From contig CAVVGT010000005.1 of NCBI GenBank assembly GCA_963747775.1, forward strand, positions 3,148-67,147: a stretch of 64,000 bases of DNA. The letters are read 5' to 3'. The position numbers and the translations under genes were made by a program. The notes beneath the pieces are model-generated. The model saw only the letters and a list, made by a program, of their open reading frames with translations, was not told the origin of the DNA and ran no database searches. Shown one piece after another: positions 39,837 through 49,008 of the stretch. The first letter of the stretch is position 1, and each line of letters opens with the position of its first letter. The DNA is from an uncultured beta proteobacterium (lineage in GTDB: Bacteria > Pseudomonadota > Gammaproteobacteria > Burkholderiales > SG8-39).

Positions 39837-42800
39837 TCAGCGCTTGCTCTGTATGGCCTCCTGCAGCAGGCTTGTGGCCCTGAGCGGCGGGATCCACACT
39901 TCCAGGTCGCCCGGCTTCTCCTTCTTGGAGCGCGTCGCGTCGAGTGGCAGAAGCGACAGCCGCAGCGTGTATCCCCCCTGCGAGAGGGCGCGTTCGACCC
40001 GGTCGCGGACTTGGGCGGCGGCCCTCTCGTCCTGCGGGAAGAAGTACCGCACGTTCCCCGAGGTCCGCCTGCCGGGGACCTCCTCCGATCCCTTCACGAC
40101 CAGACCGGGAATCTGGCCGAGCGCTTTCGCCACCTGGTCCACGAGTTGCGCATCGCTTCCGTCCGCGTAGTGGAGGAACACCCGCGTCACACGCACGTCG
40201 GCGGGCGCGGTCTTGTCGCCGAGTTGCGCGAGGCGGCGCTCGGCCAGCGTACGCGTGTCGAGACGCATGGTGAGGGAGGCGACCTTGCGGTAATCCGCGA
40301 TTGCGGCGTCGACCCGGCCCATCCGCTGCAGCAGCGATCCGCGCTTGAGGTAGGCCTCGACGTCAGCCTCGACGTCATCCGGACGCAGCTCGATCGCCTT
40401 CTCGTAGTCGGCGAGCGCGGCGTCGTTCTTCCCCTGGGCATCGTGGACGACGGCACGGCGATAGTACATGGCGGGGTCCGCGGGCCGGAGATCGATCGCT
40501 ATGTCGAAGTCTTCCTTCGCGCCGGCCCAGTCGCGGGTCGTCGCGCGCAGGGCGCCGCGCAGCAGGTAGTTCTCGACCCGGCCCGGCCTGAGCTTGATCG
40601 CCATCGTCAAGTCGGCAATCGCGTTGTCATACTCCGGGTCGGCGAGTTCCGCGTACGCCTGTCCCCGCTTCGCGTACACGCGGTCGAGGTCGCTCTCGTG
40701 ATAGTCGGGGATCGCTTTCGTGTAGCGTTCCATCGCCTTCGGGTAGTTCCGCTCGGCGGCGAACGCGTCCGCTTCCGCGACCAGCAAGATCGCCACCTCG
40801 GCGCGCCCGCGCGCAAGTTGCTGTTCCGCCATCCACCACCACCAGCCGAGCGCCAGCGCCAGGCTGCAGACGACCGCCAACGCGACGGCCGCCCAGCCCC
40901 GCGTCCGGGCCGCCTTGCTGCCACGCATCTCGCCGAGGCCGATGAACTCGAGCTCCTGCGCGTTCAGATCGGCGCCGCGGGAGTCGCGCCATGCTTTGGC
41001 TGCTTGGAGCTGCGCGCCGGAGAGCAGCCCGCCGGGGTCCCGCTTGCTCTTCTCCCAGTCCGCGCGATACGCGCCCAGCAGTTCGCGCCAGCGCAGGAAC
41101 TCGCGGTCGGCTTCGACCCATTCGCGCAGTCGCGGCCATTGCTGGGCGAGCACCGGGTGCACGAGCTCGGCTGCCGGCGCGTCGGACTCGGCGGTGCAGA
41201 GCACGACGAGCCGCGACGTCGCGAGTTGCTCGAGCAGGGCGGCGACGGCTTCGCCGGGCGCCGCCTTCGACTCGAGCTCGGACCGGAGCGCGCGCCGGAT
41301 CCGGTCCGCGGCCGGATGCGGACCGACGTTCACGAGCCGCGGCAGGACGCGCTGCGCGAGCGCGCGCTCCGCGTCGTTGAGGCCGTCCAGGGCCGCGTCG
41401 GCGCGCGCGACGAGTAGCCCGCGCACACCGCCCATGTCGTCGTAGGCCGCATTGGTGAGAAAGCCTTCCCGGCGCCGCACGTACAGGCTCTGCAGCAACA
41501 GCTGGAGGAGCGGCAGGCGAAACGCCTCGGTGCCGAGATCCTCGATGATGCGGTCGACGAGGCCGGGTTCGAACGTGAGTCCGGCGCGTGCCGTCGGTTT
41601 CTCGATCGCCTGGCGCAGCTCGTCGCGCGTAAGATCGCCGAGTCGGACGACGCCCGCGTCGTCCGCGGGCACCGGCAGCGGCGTGCCCGCGAGCCGGCGG
41701 ACGAAGTCCGAGCGCGCCGCGATCACCGTCACGATGTCCGGCCGTTTGCGCTCGAGTGCGGCGACGCGCTCGAGGAAGCGCGTTCGCAGGCGGGCGTCGA
41801 AGCTCGGCGCAAACACTTTCTCGAGCTCGTCGATGAAGAGCACGTGGCGCGCGTCGGCGCCCGCGCCGGGCGCGAGGCGGGCCAGGACGCGCGTCAGGCT
41901 GGCGACCGGATCGGTGCCGGGCACGATGCGCTCGAGCCGGCGGGGCGCATCCGCGGCGGCCTGGCTGCGCCGCAGCTCGGAGAACGCGCCGGCCATCACC
42001 AGCGAGCGCTTGCCGCTGCCGCTCGGCCCGAGCACCCAGACGCGTGTTCGGGAGCGCAGGTGGTCGAGCAGCCGCGCGCGCAGCTCGTTGCGTCCGAAGA
42101 AGAATGCAGCGTCGTGCTCCTGGAACCGCTCCAGCGGCCGGAAGGGGCTGCTGACCGCCACCGCGGTCCCGCGGGTCGTCCAGGTCAGCGTGTGCTCCTG
42201 ATCGACGCCCTCGGGCGGCGCGCCTTCGACTGTCGGCTCCGGCCGCGCGGGCGCGAGCGCGGCGATGCGCGCGACGAGCGGGTCGAGCTGGTTCGCCGAT
42301 GCGCCTTCGCGCAGGTCGAGGATCTCCTCGCCGAGCCCTGGCGTCGGTGCCGGGCTCGCGCTCGGCAGCAGCACCTTGAACGTCACGAAATTGCGGCTCG
42401 CACGCACTGCCGCGACCACGTGTTGGAGTCCCTCCGATTGCGCCGGCGTGAGGCCGCCCGGTCCGATGAAGACGACGAGCGCCCTGGAATGGAAAAGCTG
42501 CTGCTCGCTGCGGCGCTGCCACTCGGGCGGCGGCACCGCGTCCAGCTCGTCCACGAAGGCGCGCAGATCGGCGCGCTTCAGCGCCGCCGCGAACGCCTCG
42601 GCGGCAGCGCTGTCCGCGGTCGCGGTCACGATGTATGCGTCGTAACTGGCGTATCGCGCCGTGAGGTCGTACTGGGCCGCGACCTGCGGCGGGGTGTCGC
42701 CGGCGTCTTGCGCGAGCGCGGCGAGCCGGGTCCCGGGTGCGGCGAGATAGGTCAATGCGTCGGCGAGGCGGTGGAATGCGGTGGCGATGCGCTCCCGCTG

Positions 42801-43652
42801 CGCCACGTTGGCGGGATCGGCGAGGATGCGCTCGTCGAACGCATACTGGGGCTCGTAGGGCACGAGCAGGTCGGCGAAGCCGATGCCTCGCGCGCGCAGC
42901 GCCTCCGGCACGCTGTCGCCGAAGGTCGCCGCGAAGCGGGCCATGAACTCGTCGAGCAGCTCCCGCCGGCGCTGCTCGATGCGGGCCGGGACGACCACGA
43001 TCTGCGGCGGACGGCTCTGCCGCAGCGCAAGCACCTGCGGCGAGAGGAAGTCCGCAGCGACGTTCTGCGTGCCGCGCACGTTCTGGTGGTTCGCCGCACA
43101 CATCATGACGATCACGTCGCCGAGCTGGTAGGCGCAGATGCCGCCCATCTCGGTGACGCCGGTGCGGCTGTCGACCAGCACGAGGTCGTAGCGCTCCGGG
43201 ACGAGCTGGCCGCGCAGCCACTCGAAGAAGAGCTCGCCTTCCCAGTTGAAGTAGAAATCCTGCCAGTCGAAGCTGCGCACGTTGAGCGCGTAGTGCTCCA
43301 GCTGCGCCGGGTCCTCGCGTTCGCCCGCCGGCATGAGGTCGAGGCAGCCGTCTCCGGGCAGTCGCTCGTACACCGGCAGGATGAACCGGCGCACGTCGCG
43401 GAAGTCCGCGCTCGCAGCCTCGCCCGAACCGACCGACATCGCGTGCTTGAACTCGAGCAGCAGGTCGAGGAGGCCGGCGTGACGGCGCGCGCTCGGCTGA
43501 TGGATCTGGAAGTACTGCTCCAGCCCGGGCGCTTCGAGATCGAAGTCGATCATGAGCACGCGCGCGCCGCGCCGGGCGAGGATGTCCGCGACGTTCGCCA
43601 TCGCCATCGAGCGGCCGACGCCGCCCTTGTACGAGTAGAACGTGACGATCAC
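39837..43652 (-). CDS. 1271-aa multidomain protein: ParA/MinD-like ATPase (KGGVGR) - TIR-like module - STAND-type P-loop NTPase - TM helix - TPR repeats - C-terminal alpha/beta domain
   Basis: YSYKGGVGRS..DSRTG; YDAYIVTATADS..; PFRPLERFQEHDAAFFFGRNEL..VWVLGPSGSGKRSLVMAG..LFIDELE; WAAVALAVVCSLALALGWWWW; repeated A..Y..AI.L.P TPR pattern. GTG start overlaps the upstream stop (GTGA). The upstream 62 codons of ORF 39837..43838 are R-rich overlap. Confidence 0.8.
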   Translation of the reverse strand: MIVTFYSYKGGVGRSMAMANVADILARRGARVLMIDFDLEAPGLEQYFQIHQPSARRHAGLLDLLLEFKHAMSVGSGEAASADFRDVRRFILPVYERLPGDGCLDLMPAGEREDPAQLEHYALNVRSFDWQDFYFNWEGELFFEWLRGQLVPERYDLVLVDSRTGVTEMGGICAYQLGDVIVMMCAANHQNVRGTQNVAADFLSPQVLALRQSRPPQIVVVPARIEQRRRELLDEFMARFAATFGDSVPEALRARGIGFADLLVPYEPQYAFDERILADPANVAQRERIATAFHRLADALTYLAAPGTRLAALAQDAGDTPPQVAAQYDLTARYASYDAYIVTATADSAAAEAFAAALKRADLRAFVDELDAVPPPEWQRRSEQQLFHSRALVVFIGPGGLTPAQSEGLQHVVAAVRASRNFVTFKVLLPSASPAPTPGLGEEILDLREGASANQLDPLVARIAALAPARPEPTVEGAPPEGVDQEHTLTWTTRGTAVAVSSPFRPLERFQEHDAAFFFGRNELRARLLDHLRSRTRVWVLGPSGSGKRSLVMAGAFSELRRSQAAADAPRRLERIVPGTDPVASLTRVLARLAPGAGADARHVLFIDELEKVFAPSFDARLRTRFLERVAALERKRPDIVTVIAARSDFVRRLAGTPLPVPADDAGVVRLGDLTRDELRQAIEKPTARAGLTFEPGLVDRIIEDLGTEAFRLPLLQLLLQSLYVRRREGFLTNAAYDDMGGVRGLLVARADAALDGLNDAERALAQRVLPRLVNVGPHPAADRIRRALRSELESKAAPGEAVAALLEQLATSRLVVLCTAESDAPAAELVHPVLAQQWPRLREWVEADREFLRWRELLGAYRADWEKSKRDPGGLLSGAQLQAAKAWRDSRGADLNAQELEFIGLGEMRGSKAARTRGWAAVALAVVCSLALALGWWWWMAEQQLARGRAEVAILLVAEADAFAAERNYPKAMERYTKAIPDYHESDLDRVYAKRGQAYAELADPEYDNAIADLTMAIKLRPGRVENYLLRGALRATTRDWAGAKEDFDIAIDLRPADPAMYYRRAVVHDAQGKNDAALADYEKAIELRPDDVEADVEAYLKRGSLLQRMGRVDAAIADYRKVASLTMRLDTRTLAERRLAQLGDKTAPADVRVTRVFLHYADGSDAQLVDQVAKALGQIPGLVVKGSEEVPGRRTSGNVRYFFPQDERAAAQVRDRVERALSQGGYTLRLSLLPLDATRSKKEKPGDLEVWIPPLRATSLLQEAIQSKR

Positions 43653-45409
43653 TTGTTCGTCGCGTGCTGGTAGATCAGACTGCTCACCCCGCGGCGGCGA
43701 TCCGGGCCGACGATGTTCTCGAAGCGCTCGAGCTTGGACGGGTCGGCGCGCGGCCGCGTGAGGATGTCGAGCGTGCCGGGCAGGCTCGCGTGCAGCCAGC
43801 GCCGCAGGCGGCGCTCCTCGCCGACGCCGAACTCGCACGCCGGGTCGAGATCGAGCTCGAAGCGGTCGAACGCGCCGGAGAGCTGCTTGCGGGTCCGCGT
43901 CTCGAGCAGCTGGTTCACGGGCGAGCCGCTATCGTCGAGCGGGGACACGGTCACGATCGCGACCTGGCCCATGGCGACGAAGGACGCGCACGCCTCCGCG
44001 ATCGCGCTGTGGAAGAGCGACAGCTCGTCTACGAGCGCAACGCACCCGGTGAGCGCGATTTGCTGGTAGATGGGCCGCAGCTCGGGATGCGCGCGATCGA
44101 GCCAGGCGTCGAACGGGTAGTACTGGAGCTTGATCTGGCGCCGCTGCGCGCTGCCGGCCACGCGCCGCCCGTTCAGCCGTTTGGCGATGTCGGCGCCGAT
44201 GTCGCGCACGGTGGTGCCGCCGAACGGCTTCCACTGGCGGCGACCCGCGCCGTAGCGCGCGTCCGGTCCGCCGGCGCGCTCGAGTGCGGCCTTGAGCTCC
44301 ATGAATTGCTTGTAGCGGTCCGGCCCGAGCTCGCCCTGGAGCGCGTCGCTGTGCTCGAGCAGCGCGACGGCTTCGTCGCGCGTCATCGCGATCACGACGC
44401 AGGGCACGCCGACAGTCGGCAGCCCGGGCTGCGTCGGCCGTCCGGCCATCGTGGCGACGACCTGGTTCGCCGCGCCACCGGCCGTCACGTCGATGAGCTT
44501 GGTAAAGGGCCACGCGGGCGGCAGCGCGTCGGGCTTCACCCCGGCGAGCAGGCCGACCAGCCAGCCGGTGCGAGTCTCCAGCACCTCCAGCGCGCGGGCG
44601 ACCTCGGCGGGACGGGAGGCGAGCTGCTCGAGGCCGGCGGGGCTGAGCCAGACGAGCGCGGAGTGGCACTGGATCGCGAGCTGCTCGAGGTCGGAAAACT
44701 CCGCCTCGGTCTCCGCGAACAGCGCCTCGGGGGCGAGCAGCGCGCTCAGCCCGGTCTTCTTGAGCTCGTCGGCGAAGGCCCCCGCCGCGTCCTGGTCGAG
44801 GCCCGGCGCATAGGCGAGCGCCGCGCCAAACGTGACCTCGCGCTGGAGCCGCGCAGGCGCTGCGGCCGAGACCGGTGGCTTCGGTGGGGGTGCGCCGCGC
44901 TGCGTCCACAGCGAGACCGCGTTCGCGACCAGGCCCGCGAGCTCGGTCGGCCCCTTGAAGAAACTCACCGTGTGCGCCTTGCCCAGCTCCTCGCGCAGCG
45001 CCTTGATCTTCGCGCCGGCGCCGTTCTCGCCGGTCGCGATGTCCATGAACTCCTCGGCCCACGGGGTCTTGGGGTCGAGGAGGAAGATCAGACACTGCTC
45101 GGCGCCGAGCGCGCCGAGCGCGGTACGGTACTCGGCCTCGGTGATCGACCACTTTTGCGGGTTCGCCGCCTCGTCCGGCACGTAGCCGTAGCGCTTCGCG
45201 AAGATGCCGACGTAGAGGTCGCACGGCGGCAGGTTCTGCGCGGAGTCGCCGGCGATGTCGCGTAGGCATTTCGCCAGGGGGCGCGAGCCGTCGGCGACGT
45301 ACTCCTCCATGCCGACGACCTCGTGTCGGAGCTGGCGCAGGCTCCTCGCGACCTCCTCGCGGTGGTCCTTCAGGTCCTGGAACGTCGAAGAGAGATAGAT
45401 CCTTGCCAT
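43649..45409 (-). CDS. DUF4062-type N-terminal domain protein (586 aa) with uncharacterised middle and C-terminal regions
   Basis: MARIYLSSTFQDLKDHREEV..DLYVGIFAKRYGYVP.. matches the DUF4062 pattern I know. GGGGGAGG RBS. First gene after a 139-nt gap. Confidence 0.65.
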   Translation of the reverse strand: MARIYLSSTFQDLKDHREEVARSLRQLRHEVVGMEEYVADGSRPLAKCLRDIAGDSAQNLPPCDLYVGIFAKRYGYVPDEAANPQKWSITEAEYRTALGALGAEQCLIFLLDPKTPWAEEFMDIATGENGAGAKIKALREELGKAHTVSFFKGPTELAGLVANAVSLWTQRGAPPPKPPVSAAAPARLQREVTFGAALAYAPGLDQDAAGAFADELKKTGLSALLAPEALFAETEAEFSDLEQLAIQCHSALVWLSPAGLEQLASRPAEVARALEVLETRTGWLVGLLAGVKPDALPPAWPFTKLIDVTAGGAANQVVATMAGRPTQPGLPTVGVPCVVIAMTRDEAVALLEHSDALQGELGPDRYKQFMELKAALERAGGPDARYGAGRRQWKPFGGTTVRDIGADIAKRLNGRRVAGSAQRRQIKLQYYPFDAWLDRAHPELRPIYQQIALTGCVALVDELSLFHSAIAEACASFVAMGQVAIVTVSPLDDSGSPVNQLLETRTRKQLSGAFDRFELDLDPACEFGVGEERRLRRWLHASLPGTLDILTRPRADPSKLERFENIVGPDRRRGVSSLIYQHATNK

Positions 45410-45548
45410 GGCCTCCCCCGCTAGCGCCGATTGTTGCAAAGATTCATGGCGCTCAGCGATAGGCAGCATAGCCTAGTATGCGGACGGCATAGTGTGCCCG
45501 CGAGCACCCGGCGGGCGGTCGCGACACCGTTCGCGGGGCGCTTCGACG

Positions 45549-47144
45549 TCAACTCTTCAACGCTGCGGCAATCGACCGGATCGAGATTCCTTCGTTCGCG
45601 GCGTACGTGCCGTCCTTGCCGTTCAGCCGCGGCATGCCCATCTTGCCGCCCTTGTGGTGGAGCGCGATCACCTCCCAGAGCTTGGCGTTGAACACGGGGC
45701 TGCCCGAGCTTCCGCCTTCGGTGGGTGCGCGGTAGTGGAGGCGCCAGACGTCCGGGATCTGCGGCTTGCCCGCCGGCGGGCCCTCGTGATCGAGGAGCTC
45801 GTTGTCCTGGAACGAGAACGCGAGGTCGCGTCCGCCCGGATGGCCGATGATGTAGACGCGTGCCGTCGATTCCACCACCGGCAGCGCGGCGGCGACCGGC
45901 AGCGGCTCGATCCCCGTCACCGGGGTTTTCATGCGCAGCAGGCTCGCGTCATGGCGATCGGGCGGCGAGCTCCAGAGGAGCTCGCCGACGGCATAGGCGC
46001 GGTCCGCACCGGCGGCTTCGAAGACGACCTCCGCCGCGTCGGGCTGGATCCCCGGGCTCGCGCCATGCTCGTTGACGACGTGGAAATTGGTCAGGACCAG
46101 CAGCTCGTCCCTGGGCTCCCGGCCGAGGTCGCCGGCGCGCACCAGAAACCCCGTGCCGATCCGGCTGCCGAGTTGCGGGCGGATCGCGGCGACGGCGAGC
46201 GCGCGGTCGAGCCCGGTCTTCCACCAGCGGTACGTCTGCGGCCCCTCCGTGCCGAGCACCGCCTCGAGCTGCGATCGGTCCGGCGCCGGCGCTGTCCGCA
46301 AGCGCTGCAGCTCCGCACGCCCGAGCTCCAGTCCGCCGCCCGGCAGCGCCATGAGTCGCGCACGCAGGATGTTGACGAGGCCCCGGCCACGGTCATCGGT
46401 CTGTTCCAGGTCCCACACACCGGTGAACTGTCGTACGGTGCTCGCGATCTGAAACGCCTTGGCGTCGTCTGCAGCCGCATACGCCCGGACGTTGCGCTCG
46501 ACCGCGTCCCAGTCGCCCAGACCCAGCGAGGCTTCGGCCAGCGTCGGCAGATACCACTCGTCGCGCTGCTCTCTGGGCGTCGCCTCGAGCGTCGCAATCA
46601 CCTGCTGCGCGATGTCGCGGGGCTGAAGGTCCGCGGCGAGGCGCAGGCCCAGCCCGCGGGCGCGGGTGAGCAGCGCGATGAGGTTCACGCCGTGCCACGT
46701 GTTCGCGGCATGCTCCTCGAACGGCTTGCGATACGCGACGATCGCCTGCTTCAGCGCCTCGCGCGCGCCCGCGCTCGTCTTGTCGCCGGCATCGAAGAAG
46801 ATCTGCTTGTAGGCGCGGCCGAGCAGGCCCGTCGCCTCGGCCGCCTCGGGGTCGGTCTTCGGCAGCCGCTGGGCGAGCGGCCGCAGGAGATCGATCGCCG
46901 CGGTGGCCTTGCCGGTGTCGATCAGGTACTGCGCGTAGAGGCGGCGGTTCTTCGCGTCCTTCGGGTCCCGCCGGCTCACTGCCTCGGCGACCTGACCCAT
47001 GATCTCGTAGTCGCGGACGTTGCGCAGCGCCTCGACGAGCCGCTTGGCGCCGGCGAGATCCTCGACGCTCCCCAGCCCGCGCAGGTGCTGCAGCGCGTCT
47101 TTCGCGCGCTCGCGCAGCTCGTCGACGGTCGGCTCGGCGCTCAT
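45549..47144 (-). CDS. DUF4071 (TPR-like, MAP3K TRAF-binding-type) domain fused to C-terminal trypsin-like serine protease
   Basis: Start MSAEPTV within ORF 45549..48728. ..NTWHGVNLIALL.. is the DUF4071-type region. Protease triad context: NFHVV (His), DASLL (Asp), GGSSGSPV (Ser). Confidence 0.75.
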   Translation of the reverse strand: MSAEPTVDELRERAKDALQHLRGLGSVEDLAGAKRLVEALRNVRDYEIMGQVAEAVSRRDPKDAKNRRLYAQYLIDTGKATAAIDLLRPLAQRLPKTDPEAAEATGLLGRAYKQIFFDAGDKTSAGAREALKQAIVAYRKPFEEHAANTWHGVNLIALLTRARGLGLRLAADLQPRDIAQQVIATLEATPREQRDEWYLPTLAEASLGLGDWDAVERNVRAYAAADDAKAFQIASTVRQFTGVWDLEQTDDRGRGLVNILRARLMALPGGGLELGRAELQRLRTAPAPDRSQLEAVLGTEGPQTYRWWKTGLDRALAVAAIRPQLGSRIGTGFLVRAGDLGREPRDELLVLTNFHVVNEHGASPGIQPDAAEVVFEAAGADRAYAVGELLWSSPPDRHDASLLRMKTPVTGIEPLPVAAALPVVESTARVYIIGHPGGRDLAFSFQDNELLDHEGPPAGKPQIPDVWRLHYRAPTEGGSSGSPVFNAKLWEVIALHHKGGKMGMPRLNGKDGTYAANEGISIRSIAAALKS

Positions 47145-47155
47145 TGCGCCCGGCC

Positions 47156-48097
47156 TCAGAAGCGGAGCATTCGCCGCAGCGTGCTGGCGAAACTCTTCTG
47201 GCGCAGGTACTTCGTGATCGAGTGCCGCCACGCGCCGTCGTTCTGGACCGCGATGTCCTCGACCGCCGACTTGCCGCCTTTGCGGTAGTCGCTCGCGAGT
47301 ATGGGGTCGAACCCGCAGACGGGATCCAGCCGGTCGAACAGGTTGACCCAGTCGCCGGCGACCCGCTCGTGCGGGAACCCGTCCGCGCGACTCCAGCCCG
47401 GCTGCAGCTTGTCCTGGATCTCGTCGAGGCCGAGCGGGCTGCCGAGCGTGATGAATCCGTCCACCGCCGCGCAATCGGTGACTCGCTTGAGGCAGTCGTA
47501 GGCGATGACCGTGCCCATGCTGTGGGAGACGACGATGTGCGGTCGGGTGACTGCGGGCGCGCAGACCGCGTCCGCAAAACGCCGCCGGATCGTCTGCTGG
47601 ATGCGCACCGCGGGGGTGCGGCCCGGCGGTGCGAACTCCACGTCGAACAGGTAATGATGCACGTCGCTCAAGTACGCTTCGAGGACGCGTTTCTTGATGA
47701 ACCAGGGCAGCGGCACGCGCTCGAGCGCACCTTGCGGCGCTGCGGGCGCGGGGACGGGCGCGGCGGTCTCGAGCTCCGCGTCCGAGAGCGTCGTCATTTT
47801 CGCGCGCAGGGCCGCGATGAACGCCGCCTCCTCCGCGCTCTGCGGCCGGGGGGGCGAGGCGTTCCCGCCGCCATCGATCGCCGCGGCGCTGTTCTCGAGC
47901 ACGCCTTCGTAGGCCGTGAGGTCGTCCTCCGGCTTCGCGTAGAGGAGATCGGCCCAGTAGACCAGCGAGCTGCTCACGCCGAGATCGCCCAAGGGCAGCG
48001 GCTCGGCGGCCTCCGCCAGGGCGTCCCGCCAGATGCGCAGGAGATCGTCCGCCGGCGGCTTGTTCGCGATTCCGTGAATGAAGGTGACGTGCGGCAT
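47156..48097 (-). CDS. alpha/beta hydrolase (lipase/esterase-like), no signal peptide
   Basis: VTFIHGI.. and nucleophile elbow VSHSMGT (GxSxG). 313 aa. Confidence 0.65.
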   Translation of the reverse strand: MPHVTFIHGIANKPPADDLLRIWRDALAEAAEPLPLGDLGVSSSLVYWADLLYAKPEDDLTAYEGVLENSAAAIDGGGNASPPRPQSAEEAAFIAALRAKMTTLSDAELETAAPVPAPAAPQGALERVPLPWFIKKRVLEAYLSDVHHYLFDVEFAPPGRTPAVRIQQTIRRRFADAVCAPAVTRPHIVVSHSMGTVIAYDCLKRVTDCAAVDGFITLGSPLGLDEIQDKLQPGWSRADGFPHERVAGDWVNLFDRLDPVCGFDPILASDYRKGGKSAVEDIAVQNDGAWRHSITKYLRQKSFASTLRRMLRF

Positions 48098-48157
48098 GGT
48101 GCGCTTCCCCTCGTGGGTGTCGAAGCAGTCGGTCTTCGGGCGGCGACGGGCCGATTC

Positions 48158-48772
48158 CTAGAAGTCGTAGGTCGGGTCTTCGCCCAGGTCTGGAATCCTC
48201 GCGACGTAGCCGGTCGCGCCGAAGTCCAGCGGGATGGCTGCCTCGTACCCGGGGAGGCCGACCTCCTTGCGCAGCGCGTTGAGCCGGTTCATCCAGCCTT
48301 TCAGGAAGACCGCGAGGTCCGGGTTCTGCCGGGCGAGACGACGGTAATAGGCCTCGCGCGCGTCGCAGTAGGCCGCGATTCCCCGGCCGATGTCGCAGGC
48401 TGCGGCCGCTCGCTCCGTCTGCGGCCCGAAGTCGCCGTCCACGCCGCATCCGACCGCCGACTGCAGGAACCGCACTGCGCGCCCGACCCCCATGTTGACC
48501 GCGGTATCGAACTGCACGAGATCGAGTTGCTGCCGCAGGAGATCGCATCGCGGCGGCAGCCAATAGCCGCTCTCGTAGATCGCCTGCACTTCGCGGTCCT
48601 CGATCAGCTTGACGTCCCGCCGGGCGAATTGCTGCCGCGCGCGCCACGCATCGTAGACCTTCTGCGTCACGCCCTTGTTCGTCCGTCCGCCCGGATCGGC
48701 GGGATGATCTACAAAACCGCCCTCCCACCGCAGAATGAAGGGCAGCGAGCGCTCGAAGGCGGGGGACGGCAT
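48158..48772 (-). CDS. glycoside hydrolase family 108 muramidase with C-terminal peptidoglycan-binding domain, no signal peptide
   Basis: ..FILRWEGGFVDHPADPGGRTNKGVTQ.. (GH108 catalytic region) and ..VDGDFGPQT.. (PG-binding). Start MPSPAF within ORF 48158..49081. Confidence 0.75.
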   Translation of the reverse strand: MPSPAFERSLPFILRWEGGFVDHPADPGGRTNKGVTQKVYDAWRARQQFARRDVKLIEDREVQAIYESGYWLPPRCDLLRQQLDLVQFDTAVNMGVGRAVRFLQSAVGCGVDGDFGPQTERAAAACDIGRGIAAYCDAREAYYRRLARQNPDLAVFLKGWMNRLNALRKEVGLPGYEAAIPLDFGATGYVARIPDLGEDPTYDF

Positions 48773-48964
48773 GGCGTTCTCCTGTTCATGCGGACCGCGT
48801 TCCGCCGCCCGGCCCGGCCTCGAGCGCGGCCGGCAACGTCGGCCCGACTGTCGGCGCACACTGTAGGGCACGCGGCATTCCTTGGCCAGTCGACCAAACT
48901 GCATAGACCCCGGCGGCGCCGGGAACGTCGCACGGCTGCCGGCGGCCGCGGTCCGGATGGAGCC

Positions 48965-48981
48965 GGGAGACCGTGTCTCCC
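48965..48981. promoter_or_regulatory. perfect palindrome GGGAGAC-cgt-GTCTCCC in the divergent intergenic region, ~28 nt upstream of the ATG at 49009
   Basis: Read in the sequence. Candidate operator or 5'-UTR hairpin; no functional evidence. Confidence 0.2.
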
Positions 48982-49008
48982 GACGGTGAAAACCCTGGAG
49001 GGCAAACG

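Noticed and set aside
45410-45548. An imperfect inverted repeat (CCCGCGA ... TCGCGGG, ~24-nt loop) as the terminator of the trypsin-protease gene, and TTGCAA as a -35 element for the DUF4062 unit.
   Set aside because: The stem is short, the loop long, there is no T-tract and no convincing -10 element at proper spacing. This is not strong enough to annotate.
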